The translations under genes and the position numbers were made by a program. Shown here one piece after another: positions 41,018-53,735 of a stretch of DNA of 64,000 nt. This DNA comes from Eledone cirrhosa (Eukaryota): positions 58,342,001 through 58,406,000 of the forward strand of contig OZ024742.1 in assembly GCA_964016885.1 (NCBI GenBank). The letters run 5' to 3'. Every line of letters starts with the position of its first letter. Within the stretch, counting starts at the first letter, position 1. The notes below the pieces were generated by a model, which did no database searches, had not been told where the DNA came from, and was given only the letters and a program-made list of their open reading frames with translations.

Positions 41018-44000
41018 ATGAATGTAGGGACCTTAAAAGGCCGCTCTAACGAGGTTGTAGAAATGCTTGAACGTAAGGAGGTTGATGTCTGCTGTATCCA
41101 AGAGACCAGGTGGAGGGGCGGGTCTGCTAGATTCATTGTGGGTAAAAAACGATGCTATAAGCTTTTCTGGGTGGGAAATGACAATGGGCTGGGTGGGGTA
41201 GGAATCATGTTAGCAGAAAAATGGGTGGATAAGATAATAGACGTAAATAGAGTAAACGACAGAATAATTAAAATAAGACTTGTTCTAAATAGGACTACTG
41301 TGACAATAATATCTGCGTACGCGCCCCAATCCGGACTGCCTGGCGCTATAAAAGACAGTTTCTATGAGACACTGATGCTCACTACCTCCCAAATAACCGA
41401 CAGTGACTATATAATTATTGCTGGCGACCTAAATGGTCATGTTGGACAACATTGTGACGGCTATGATGGAATCCACGGAGGCTATGAGTTTGGTACTAGA
41501 AATGTGGAAGGCTCCAGAATCCTGGAATTCTGTGATGCAAATAACCTAACTATCTGTAACACTAACTTCAAAAAACGAGACAATCACTTGATCACCTACA
41601 GATCAGGGGAACATACCAGCCAGGTAGATTATATCCTTACCAGAAGACGTGACAGAGTGTCTGTTGTAAACACTAAATCCCTCCCCCATGAAGAATGCAC
41701 CTCCCAACATAGACTGATAATTAGCGACCTCATAGTCAGGATGAGACGTACTCGACAGCAAAGAGGACTATCCTCAGGAGAAAAATATGGAAGCTAAAGG
41801 ACCCCACAGCCAGAAATAAATTTCAAAGCATATTACTTGATGCTTTCGACAGTAAGGAAGAGCATTTAGAGTCGTACAATATAGAGGAACAGTGGGAATT
41901 CCTGAAAGCAAACCTGCTGATGGCGGCAGACGAAGTCTGTGGCCAGAGCAGGCCTATAGGCAGGAGGAGAGTAACATGGTGGTGGAACAGTAAGGTGGAG
42001 GAGTCGATTAAGGCCAAAAAGCAGGCTTGGAAAGTATGGCGGGATGGGGGAAGTAGAGAAGACTATCAAGTGGCCAGGAGGGAAGCTAGGAGACAAGTGT
42101 ACTTCGCAAGAAGGGAAGCAGAGGAAAGAAAGTTCAAGCATGTTCTACAACGCGAGGACCAAAAACGTGAGGTGTTCAGGATTGCTAGGCAATGTGTCAA
42201 GGAAAACCGTGATATTGTCGGGGAGAAGTGTGTACTAAATGATGATGGCGTACTTGCCATCACTGACGCCAATAAGAAGGTAACTTGGAAGTGTCACTAC
42301 GAAAGGCTACTAAATGAGGAGAATAAATGGGAGAAGGACAGTCTCCCCCACATCGACCCAATAGAGGGACCAGCAGTGTTAGTTGAAGGTAGTATAATAA
42401 GTAAGGCAATCAAAGATATGAATACGGATAAGGCGGCTGGGCCTTCGGAAATAGTTGCTGAGATGCTGAAAGCCTCTGGAACGGTGGGACACACCATGGT
42501 ACCCGGATAGTAAACCAAGTCATACAGAATGGGGTTGTTCCGAAGGACTGGCGTAGCAGCATCATCATTAATTGTTACAAGGGTAAAGGAGATGCCCTAG
42601 ATAGGAGTAACTATAGAGGCATTAAATTAATCGACCAGGTCATGAAGGTCACGGAAAAAGTAATAGTGCAACTAATCAGAGAGAGAATTGATCTAGATGA
42701 AATGCAGTTCGGGTTTGTGTCAGGCAAAAGTACCACAGACGCTCTTTTCATTGTACGACAACTACAGGAGAAGTACCTAGCTAAAAGTAAACCCCTATAC
42801 TTAGCTTTTGTCGACTTGGAGAAAGCCTTCGACAGAGTCCCCCGTTCCATTATCTGGTGGGCTCTTAGAAAACTAGGTGTTGATGAATGGCTTGTGAGAG
42901 CTATACAAACCATGTTAAAGAAACAGTCAGCAAGGTTAGAATTAACAACGAATATAGTGAAGAGTTTAGCGTAAAAGTTGGTGTTCATCAGGGCTCTGTT
43001 CTTAGCCCCCTACTATTTATTATTGCCCTTCAGGCTATAACAGTGGAGTTCAAGACCGGCTGCCCATGGGAACTCCTATACGCAGATGATCTAACGCTCA
43101 TAGCTGAATCAATGGCCGAGCTAGAGAAGAAATTCCAAACATGGAAGCACGGCCTAGAATCAAAAGGCCTTAAAATTAACCTGGCTAAGACTAAAGTTCT
43201 AGTTTGTAGGAAAGAAAATAAGGCGCCGGTCCCTTCCGGGAAATGGCCATGCTCAGTGTGTAGGAAAGGCGTAGGTAGAAACTCCATTTTATGTCCCAAA
43301 TGCAAAGTATGGGTGCATAAAAGATGTAGTGGGATCACAGGTAAGCTCACTAAGAACATAGATTTTACATGTGGCCGGTGCTCTGGTACAATAAGTAGCA
43401 GCAAGTTCCCACAAAATACTAGCTCTTTCAATTGCGCAGAGGGTTCTATAGAAATAGTGGACAGCTTCCGTTACCTGGGTGACAAAATCAGCAGTGGGGG
43501 AGGGTGCTCTGAAAGTACAGTAGCTAGAGTCAGAACTGGATGGAAAAAGTTCAGAGAGCTTATACCACTATTAGCTGCTAAAGGGTTCTCCTTAAAAATG
43601 AAAGGCAGGCTGTATGATGCCTGCATACGAACAGCAATGTTGCATGGCAGTGAGACCTGGGCATTGTGTGCAGAGGATATACGCAGACTGGAGAGGAACG
43701 AAGCTTGCATGCTCCGCTGGATGTGTAATAGTAACATACGCGAACGGCAAAGCATAAACGAACTAAGGGAAAAATTAGAAATAAGAGGGATCAGATGTTG
43801 TTTACTCGAGAGAAGGCTACGTTGGTATGGTCACGTGATGCGTATGAAAGACGACAGCTGTATAAAAAAGTGCAGGGCAATAAAGATAGACCGTAGCCAC
43901 GGAGTAGGCAGACCCAGAAAAACCTGGGACGACCTGATAAATTCCGACCTCACACACTTACACCTCTCCAAGACAATGTCACTGGACCGAGATCTTTGGC

Positions 44001-44035
44001 GGTACTCAGTAATAGAGAAGACCCACCTTACCTGA
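41018..44035 (+). pseudogene. RTE ORF (AP endonuclease-reverse transcriptase), disrupted
   Basis: Frame changes near 41770, 42500 and 42915; (AT)n insertion at 40927-41014. Confidence 0.9.
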
Positions 44036-44447
44036 ATACAAAGTAAAACCTACTACAGTCAGTAGGCATCTCTAACAAAATACACCCCGTCCCACCACCC
44101 CCACCCCATCCACACCGCCCCTTTCAATGTAAAGTTATGTTGGTGCCACAACATCCAGGCCGAAACAAATGAGATCGTGTAGGTGTCACGACAAAAAAAC
44201 ACACAGTCCACGCTGTAATGTGGCCGTGTAGGCAACACGGTAAAAACCTCCCAGCCCCACACTGTAAATGTGGTTGGTGTTAGGAAGGGTATCCAGCCGT
44301 AGAAAACCCGCCAGACAGTCCTATGCGAGCAAGACAACCACTCTTGCCTCAAGTGGGAAAACTCCCGTCCAAACCCATGCAAGCGTGGAACATGGACGTT
44401 AAACGATGATGATGATGATGATGATGATGACATATATATATATATTT

Positions 44448-44501
<54 letters not shown>

Positions 44502-44637
44502 TCATCATCATCATCATCATCATCATTTTACGTCCACTTTTCCCTGCTTGCAAGGGTGGGACGGGGACTGATTCTGGCTTGATTTCTACAGCTGGTTGCC
44601 CTTCCTAACACCAACCTCATTTATTTATATTTATATT

Positions 44638-44669
<32 letters not shown>

Positions 44670-45836
44670 TATAGATATTTATACACACAAACACACATAC
44701 AGAGAAAGCAGAAATTTTGGTTCATGGGAAGAAGGTGGATGTAATGTGAATAAAATAAGTCTCAGAGAAGTACTCCTGTGATTATTTCATTTACAATATA
44801 ATTGTTTCTACTTTAGGCACAAGGCCAGCAATTACCCAGTGCATTACTGGTACTTTATTTTATCGACCCCGACAATATAATACTAATACAACTTTGGTCA
44901 GAATATGCTTTACATTTATTAAAAATATATATTTTAAAGTTTAACAAAAGAATCTTTTAACTTTAATATTGCTATTCAAATATTGCCATTTCGAAGTAAC
45001 TTGGTTCCACATCAATAGAACTTCAGGGAATGTAATATTACTTTTAATAAGTCATTCAACATTCCCCTCGGTAGTAGCTGCAGCTATATGTAGTTTGTTC
45101 AGTGGTTAAAGATGAACTCATTATCATACATGAAAATCTAATTAGCCTTTCTTGAAACAGCTCCAGTTAAAGTGGTTTCTGATTGGTTGTTATCATACTG
45201 GAAGCTACCTTGAAAGATTTTGATTCGTTCAATCACATGCCCACGAGAGGCTTCAAATTATTCCCTCACTTGGAATTCCCTGATTTCAAGTGACTTGATC
45301 GTTTGTCAATTGTAATGAAAACTTGCCCCCAAATGAATTGCTCAACCAAATCGGATTTCCATTTATAAGTTTGATAATCTTAAATCTATGAAAATCGAGA
45401 CCCAAATTACAATAATTTTTCTGGCTTTATGCATAAAGTTTCAGTAATGTAACAACCATACATGATACATTGTTTGTCAAAAGTGTTTCGATATCCTAAC
45501 TTTTATTATAATATCAAATTTTCAGACAGTTTTATCATTTACATTATTATTTTGGTTTTCAAGCAAATATAAAAGTACTGAAAGATTATTAAAAGACATT
45601 ATGTTTCTTTTATATCTAGTTAAAAATATATTAGGGTAAGGTTTTAGGCAAGAACTATTAAGATGATTTGAGAGCATCATGTTGAATTTTAATAATCTCG
45701 TAACTGCCAAATAAATGTTTCATCAGTACCCCTGGCATTATAGGACAAGAGATAAGCTCTAGGTGATCCAAACCTGTGGGCAGTTTTGAGTTCACCTTAA
45801 TGCTATATTTGTCATTAAAGTTGAAGTTTACCTACT

Positions 45837-46151
45837 TAGCAGTAACCTGCTAGTGTCCTCTAGCTAATCTCTAGCAGTAACCTGCTAGTGTCCTCTAGCT
45901 AATCTCTAGCAGTAACCTGCTAGTGTCCTCTAGCTAATCTCTAGCAGTAACCTGCTAGTGTCCTCTAGCTAATCTCTAGCAGTAACCTGCTAGTGTCCTC
46001 TAGCTAATCTCTAGCAGTAACCTGCTAGTGTCCTCTAGCTAATCTCTAGCAGTAACCTGCTAGTGTCCTCTAGCTAATCTCTAGCAGTAACCTGCTAGTG
46101 TCCTCTAGCTAATCTCTAGCAGTAACCTGCTAGTGTCCTCTAGCTAATCTC
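45837..46151. repeat. Perfect 35-bp minisatellite x9
   Basis: TAGCAGTAACCTGCTAGTGTCCTCTAGCTAATCTC repeated, 315 bp in total. Confidence 0.97.
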
Positions 46152-46699
46152 TTGAGAACATTGTTTGGTGTTGACTGTTTACCCAAGCATTTTCTATTTC
46201 AGTTTAACGTCCCAGTTTTCAGAAAGGGAAATAAGTTTCTTGCAGTAAACAGTATTAATTTTATTTATCTCTGATCAGGGTTAGATTTTGACCTTGGTGG
46301 GTCTGGAGTATTAGAATACACAGCAAACACCCCAATTTTACATACAGACTATTAATATAAATACCCTCAACTTCTACATTATATATTGATTGCTTTTTTC
46401 TTTCATTTGTACCCACACAGGGTTGGATTTAGACCTTGGGGGCCCCTCTTACACAAAAAATTGAAATACACAGCAAACCCCCCAATTTTACATATGAAAG
46501 TTAGCTTGGCACAAGTAATTGGAATTGAAAAGTTATACATACAAATATTAAATTCAAAAATTTTAACCATCCTAAATCTAAAATGCCTAGCTGAGGGCAC
46601 AAATAAATTGCTATGGACATCTCTGGTGGGGGCCCCCTTTGCCTCCCATTAAATCTGGCTCTGTTTCTGATATCAATTACATATTTGAGAAGATGATAA

Positions 46700-46910
46700 G
46701 TTCAAGGATAACTGTGCCAGAGAAACACAGCTTCCATACCACTTCCATGAAATTTTAAATGTTTTGAGAGAGGACTAAAACAACAGCTGTCATCTACCTT
46801 AACTTTATCAAAGCTGTTGACAGAGTCAACCACATTCTGTTGAAAAAAGAAAGAAAATAAACTATCCATCATCAGAAACCTACCACAATGAATTGTTACC
46901 TGGTAAACAG
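46700..46910 (+). mobile_element. CR1/L2-like RT fragment
   Basis: AVIYLNFIKAVDRVNHILL resembles VIYLDFxKAFDxVxH. Confidence 0.55.
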
Positions 46911-46973
46911 AACCTAAAATATTGTGATTGATGCTTCCATGTGAGTTCATAAATATCTATCTATATATGTATG

Positions 46974-47008
<35 letters not shown>

Positions 47009-47152
47009 TTCGGACACTCATTTGCATACTCAATCATAATTTTCTATCACCCTCAATAAATCTAATATCTCCACTATCCAGGAAGCTCCAACCGTTAAGG
47101 TTGTCTTTTTTCAGGGTATGTCAATATTTATTTATAAAACAAATCTGTATTG

Positions 47153-47217
47153 TATTTTATCTGATGAAAGCGCACCATAATTTGCCTTGGGGCCCTTGAA
47201 ATATGTATAATAAAATA
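47153..47217 (+). ncRNA. Type I hammerhead in PLE-like terminus; decayed relative at 23285-23332 (-)
   Basis: TATTTTAT-CTGATGA-AAGCGC..GCCCTT-GAAA-TATGTA-TA-ATAAAATA. Confidence 0.75.
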
Positions 47218-47255
47218 AATATGGTTTTATAAATATAGTTTCCTTTTGTTAATAT

Positions 47256-47280
<25 letters not shown>

Positions 47281-47291
<11 letters not shown>

Positions 47292-50200
47292 AATATAGAC
47301 ATAGAATATTCGAAAATATTCTGTATGTTTATAATAAACATTTTGAAGACCTAATCGCTATAGAATAGAATACGTCACGTATTACAATTAGATTCTCGAT
47401 AAAAGCAAGGGAAGTAATCTACGCGTTTCATTCTTGTTAGAAATCATCAGGACTACATATCCAGTGCTTTTATCGAGAATGACACAGCTAGAGACTTATA
47501 GAATACTTAGCTGTGTACAGGAACTGGTTTGAAAGAGCGGTTGCCGGTCCGGCAGAAATTAGAAATTGGAATAAATGCTCTGAAATAGCGATATATATGT
47601 GAATATAGACATAGAATATTCGAAAATATTCTGTATGTTTATAATAAACATTTTGAAGACCTAATCGCTATAGAATAGAATACGTCACGTATTACAATTA
47701 GATTCTCGATAAAAGCAAGGGAAGTAATCTACGCGTTTCATTCTTGTTAGAAATCATCAGGACTACATATCCAGTGCTTTTATCGAGAATGACACAGCTA
47801 GAGACTTATAGAATACTTAGCTGTGTACAGGAACTGGTTTGAAAGAGCGGTTGCCGGTCCGGCAGAAATTAGAAATTGGAATAAATGCTCTGAAATAGCG
47901 ATATATATGTGAATATAGACATAGAATATTCGAAAATATTCTGTATGTTTATAATAAACATTTTGAAGACCTAATCGCTATAGAATAGAATACGTCACGT
48001 ATTACAATTAGATTCTCGATAAAAGCAAGGGAAGTAATCTACGCGTTTCATTCTTGTTAGAAATCATCAGGACTACATATCCAGTGCTTTTATCGAGAAT
48101 GACACAGCTAGAGACTTATAGAATACTTAGCTGTGTACAGGAACTGGTTTGAAAGAGCGGTTGCCGGTCCGGCAGAAATTAGAAATTGGAATAAATGCTC
48201 TGAAATAGCGATATATATGTGAATATAGACATAGAATATTCGAAAATATTCTGTATGTTTATAATAAACATTTTGAAGACCTAATCGCTATAGAATAGAA
48301 TACGTCACGTATTACAATTAGATTCTCGATAAAAGCAAGGGAAGTAATCTACGCGTTTCATTCTTGTTAGAAATCATCAGGACTACATATCCAGTGCTTT
48401 TATCGAGAATGACACAGCTAGAGACTTATAGAATACTTAGCTGTGTACAGGAACTGGTTTGAAAGAGCGGTTGCCGGTCCGGCAGAAATTAGAAATTGGA
48501 ATAAATGCTCTGAAATAGCGATATATATGTGAATATAGACATAGAATATTCGAAAATATTCTGTATGTTTATAATAAACATTTTGAAGACCTAATCGCTA
48601 TAGAATAGAATACGTCACGTATTACAATTAGATTCTCGATAAAAGCAAGGGAAGTAATCTACGCGTTTCATTCTTGTTAGAAATCATCAGGACTACATAT
48701 CCAGTGCTTTTATCGAGAATGACACAGCTAGAGACTTATAGAATACTTAGCTGTGTACAGGAACTGGTTTGAAAGAGCGGTTGCCGGTCCGGCAGAAATT
48801 AGAAATTGGAATAAATGCTCTGAAATAGCGATATATATGTGAATATAGACATAGAATATTCGAAAATATTCTGTATGTTTATAATAAACATTTTGAAGAC
48901 CTAATCGCTATAGAATAGAATACGTCACGTATTACAATTAGATTCTCGATAAAAGCAAGGGAAGTAATCTACGCGTTTCATTCTTGTTAGAAATCATCAG
49001 GACTACATATCCAGTGCTTTTATCGAGAATGACACAGCTAGAGACTTATAGAATACTTAGCTGTGTACAGGAACTGGTTTGAAAGAGCGGTTGCCGGTCC
49101 GGCAGAAATTAGAAATTGGAATAAATGCTCTGAAATAGCGATATATATGTGAATATAGACATAGAATATTCGAAAATATTCTGTATGTTTATAATAAACA
49201 TTTTGAAGACCTAATCGCTATAGAATAGAATACGTCACGTATTACAATTAGATTCTCGATAAAAGCAAGGGAAGTAATCTACGCGTTTCATTCTTGTTAG
49301 AAATCATCAGGACTACATATCCAGTGCTTTTATCGAGAATGACACAGCTAGAGACTTATAGAATACTTAGCTGTGTACAGGAACTGGTTTGAAAGAGCGG
49401 TTGCCGGTCCGGCAGAAATTAGAAATTGGAATAAATGCTCTGAAATAGCGATATATATGTGAATATAGACATAGAATATTCGAAAATATTCTGTATGTTT
49501 ATAATAAACATTTTGAAGACCTAATCGCTATAGAATAGAATACGTCACGTATTACAATTAGATTCTCGATAAAAGCAAGGGAAGTAATCTACGCGTTTCA
49601 TTCTTGTTAGAAATCATCAGGACTACATATCCAGTGCTTTTATCGAGAATGACACAGCTAGAGACTTATAGAATACTTAGCTGTGTACAGGAACTGGTTT
49701 GAAAGAGCGGTTGCCGGTCCGGCAGAAATTAGAAATTGGAATAAATGCTCTGAAATAGCGATATATATGTGAATATAGACATAGAATATTCGAAAATATT
49801 CTGTATGTTTATAATAAACATTTTGAAGACCTAATCGCTATAGAATAGAATACGTCACGTATTACAATTAGATTCTCGATAAAAGCAAGGGAAGTAATCT
49901 ACGCGTTTCATTCTTGTTAGAAATCATCAGGACTACATATCCAGTGCTTTTATCGAGAATGACACAGCTAGAGACTTATAGAATACTTAGCTGTGTACAG
50001 GAACTGGTTTGAAAGAGCGGTTGCCGGTCCGGCAGAAATTAGAAATTGGAATAAATGCTCTGAAATAGCGATATATATGTGAATATAGACATAGAATATT
50101 CGAAAATATTCTGTATGTTTATAATAAACATTTTGAAGACCTAATCGCTATAGAATAGAATACGTCACGTATTACAATTAGATTCTCGATAAAAGCAAGG

Positions 50201-51464
50201 GAAGTAATCTACGCGTTTCATTCTTGTTAGAAATCATCAGGACTACATATCCAGTGCTTTTATCGAGAATGACACAGCTAGAGACTTATAGAATACTTAG
50301 CTGTGTACAGGAACTGGTTTGAAAGAGCGGTTGCCGGTCCGGCAGAAATTAGAAATTGGAATAAATGCTCTGAAATAGCGATATATATGTGAATATAGAC
50401 ATAGAATATTCGAAAATATTCTGTATGTTTATAATAAACATTTTGAAGACCTAATCGCTATAGAATAGAATACGTCACGTATTACAATTAGATTCTCGAT
50501 AAAAGCAAGGGAAGTAATCTACGCGTTTCATTCTTGTTAGAAATCATCAGGACTACATATCCAGTGCTTTTATCGAGAATGACACAGCTAGAGACTTATA
50601 GAATACTTAGCTGTGTACAGGAACTGGTTTGAAAGAGCGGTTGCCGGTCCGGCAGAAATTAGAAATTGGAATAAATGCTCTGAAATAGCGATATATATGT
50701 GAATATAGACATAGAATATTCGAAAATATTCTGTATGTTTATAATAAACATTTTGAAGACCTAATCGCTATAGAATAGAATACGTCACGTATTACAATTA
50801 GATTCTCGATAAAAGCAAGGGAAGTAATCTACGCGTTTCATTCTTGTTAGAAATCATCAGGACTACATATCCAGTGCTTTTATCGAGAATGACACAGCTA
50901 GAGACTTATAGAATACTTAGCTGTGTACAGGAACTGGTTTGAAAGAGCGGTTGCCGGTCCGGCAGAAATTAGAAATTGGAATAAATGCTCTGAAATAGCG
51001 ATATATATGTGAATATAGACATAGAATATTCGAAAATATTCTGTATGTTTATAATAAACATTTTGAAGACCTAATCGCTATAGAATAGAATACGTCACGT
51101 ATTACAATTAGATTCTCGATAAAAGCAAGGGAAGTAATCTACGCGTTTCATTCTTGTTAGAAATCATCAGGACTACATATCCAGTGCTTTTATCGAGAAT
51201 GACACAGCTAGAGACTTATAGAATACTTAGCTGTGTACAGGAACTGGTTTGAAAGAGCGGTTGCCGGTCCGGCAGAAATTAGAAATTGGAATAAATGCTC
51301 TGAAATAGCGATATATATGTGAATATAGACATAGAATATTCGAAAATATTCTGTATGTTTATAATAAACATTTTGAAGACCTAATCGCTATAGAATAGAA
51401 TACGTCACGTATTACAATTAGATTCTCGATAAAAGCAAGGGAAGTAATCTACGCGTTTCATTCT
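47281..51464 (-). mobile_element. Retrozyme-like array: 13.5 tandem 310-bp units, one hammerhead per full unit
   Basis: Units start at 47281+310n. Minus strand GTAGTC-CTGATGA-TTTCT AACA AGAAT-GAAA-CGCG-TA-GATTAC (first copy 47414-47456). Confidence 0.9.
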
Positions 51465-52120
51465 ATATTCACATATATATCGCTATTTCAGAGCATTTAT
51501 TCCAATTTCTAATTTCTGCCGGACCGGCAACCGCTCTTTCAAACCAGTTCCTGTACACAGCTAAGTATTCTATAAGTCTCTAGCTGTGTCATTCTCGATA
51601 AAAGCACTGGATATGTAGTCCTGATGATTTCTAACAAGAATGAAACGCGTAGATTACTTCCCTTGCTTTTATCGAGAATCTAATTGTAATACGTGACGTA
51701 TTCTATTCTATAGCGATTAGGTCTTCAAAATGTTTATTATAAACATACAGAATATTTTCGAATATTCTATGTCTATATTCACATATATATCGCTATTTCA
51801 GAGCATTTATTCCAATTTCTAATTTCTGCCGGACCGGCAACCGCTCTTTCAAACCAGTTCCTGTACACAGCTAAGTATTCTATAAGTCTCTAGCTGTGTC
51901 ATTCTCGATAAAAGCACTGGATATGTAGTCCTGATGATTTCTAACAAGAATGAAACGCGTAGATTACTTCCCTTGCTTTTATCGAGAATCTAATTGTAAT
52001 ACGTGACGTATTCTATTCTATAGCGATTAGGTCTTCAAAATGTTTATTATAAACATACAGAATATTTTCGAATATTCTATGTCTATATTCACATATATAT
52101 CGCTATTTCAGAGCATTTAT

Positions 52121-52126
<6 letters not shown>
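51462..52126 (+). mobile_element. Inverted segment of the same array, ~2.1 units, hammerheads at 51615-51657 and 51925-51967
   Basis: Reverse complement of the 310-bp unit; TCT microhomology at the junction; ends in (AT)n. Confidence 0.9.
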
Positions 52127-52190
<64 letters not shown>

Positions 52191-52224
52191 GGAGGGGGAA
52201 AGGGGAGGGCGATGAGTTCTGGGC

Positions 52225-52415
52225 CTAAGGCACAGCAGTGTTGGGGTTGCACTTTGCGGACAAGACTGCAAAAGCATTTCCATGGACAATGGCCAGTGAC
52301 ACTCGCTGCAACAGCCTACCCAGCTCGTGGGGTCCTTCCTCAGACAGGCTGCTGACGTTCTGATCTTGCACAGGAGCTTGGCAGTATGGGTTCCGAGTAT
52401 GCCTGAGATTTTCAC
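52225..52415 (-). mobile_element. CRE-like non-LTR fragment (restriction-like endonuclease C-terminus)
   Basis: GILG..DP(frameshift)..LLQRVSLAIVHGNAFAVL resembles QRxSxAIQRGNA. Confidence 0.6.
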
Positions 52416-52874
52416 TAGATTGATTTTTTATTCTCTTTTCTTTATCCCTTTTTTTTTATACCAACCCACATGAAAGCATCTCTGGTTTTACAATACAAAA
52501 GTGTTTATTTTAAAGTGTTTATATTTATCTAAAACTTTCTATGATAATTTTATTTTAGAATCTTTCTTATATTTTAAATACCAACTTACTAATGACAGCT
52601 CCAATACTATGGGCATGTGGTTAGAATGTCCCAAGAGACCCAGGGGTAGACTCCGAGCAAGATGGTTGGATAACATTCATGAGCTTGGCTGGTCTTGCTT
52701 GAGGATCCAGCTGGATCAATTGGAGATGGTTGCTTCTGACAGGACCCACTGGAGGGAGTGTTTGAGGACTCTGCCTCCATGACTCTCTTAAGAATAAGTG
52801 GGAGAAGAAAAGAAGAACTTACTAATGAGAACTAATGAGAAAGTTAGTTATTTTACTAAATCCCTTCAAGTTAA

Positions 52875-53072
52875 TAATAATAATTGTTTCTACTTTAGGC
52901 ACAAGGCCAGCAATTACCCAGTGCATTACTGGTACTTTATTTTATCGACCCCGTAAGGATGAAAGGCAAAGTCAACCTCGGCGGGATTTGAACTCAGATC
53001 GTAAAGGGACGTAACTATGCTGGAAAGCATGGCGTCCGACCCTCTACCGATACTGCCAATCCACCACCCTAG
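52875..53072 (-). mobile_element. Full-length tRNA-derived Meta-like SINE
   Basis: A/B boxes, core and ATT tail; flanked by the AGTTAATAATAATAAT direct repeat. Confidence 0.85.
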
Positions 53073-53280
53073 TTAATAATAATAATGTAATTATTGTGTA
53101 CAGTGCTCAGGTGCACTACAACAAAAGTTGTTGATTATTTTCAAAATTAGTTGTGAGCAATAGGCAGTGTTGAGTTTTTCATGAAATATTTTGTAACAAA
53201 AAGGGTTAATCCTTTGAAGTTTGATAAAATAAGATATAACTTCTCTTTTATCATCAGACTTCACATTCATCATATCTAGT

Positions 53281-53735
53281 ACATATGTGTGTGTGTGTAT
53301 ATATAGATCTGTGTGTGTGTGTGATATGTGTAAGAGTGTGTGTGTATGTGTGTGTTTATGCTTATGTCTATGCAATGAACTTGTGTGATATGTGGGACAA
53401 TGTGTATGTGTGTGTGTGTGTGCATGAGCATGTAATGTCTGTGTGCTGTGTATGTGTATATGTGAGTGTTTGTTCATCATATGTGTATATGATGAGTATG
53501 CAGTTATGTGTGATGTGTGTATGTGTATAGGAGTATGTGCCTGTGTGTATGTAGTGTCTGTGTGCTGTGTATATGTATGTTTGTGTGAGTGTGTGTCCAT
53601 CATGTCTGTATATGATGTGCATGCAGTTATGTATGATGTGTGTATGTATGTGTGTGTTTTTGCATGTGTATGTAGTGCATGTTTATAGTGTGCGTATATA
53701 TGTGAGTGTCTGTTCATCGTGTGTGTGTGTATATG
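53281..53735. repeat. Degenerate (GT)n/(GTAT)n tract
   Basis: Direct inspection. Confidence 0.9.

Larger units (their letters stand above)
40243..44429 (+). mobile_element. Near full-length RTE-clade LINE (5' UTR, APE, RT, PHD-like finger, (GAT)n tail), frameshifted
   Basis: NVGTL, IQETRW, GDLNGH, VDYIL, QFGF, FVDLEKAFDRVP, QGSVLSP, YADD spread over four ORF pieces. Confidence 0.95.

Noticed and set aside
45837-46151. CRISPR-like 35-bp palindromic repeats
   Set aside because: No spacers, no cas genes, eukaryotic context
47281-52126. 5S/tRNA/snRNA tandem gene cluster or coding repeat
   Set aside because: No recognisable Pol III boxes, RNA-gene sequence or ORF; the hammerhead explains the unit better
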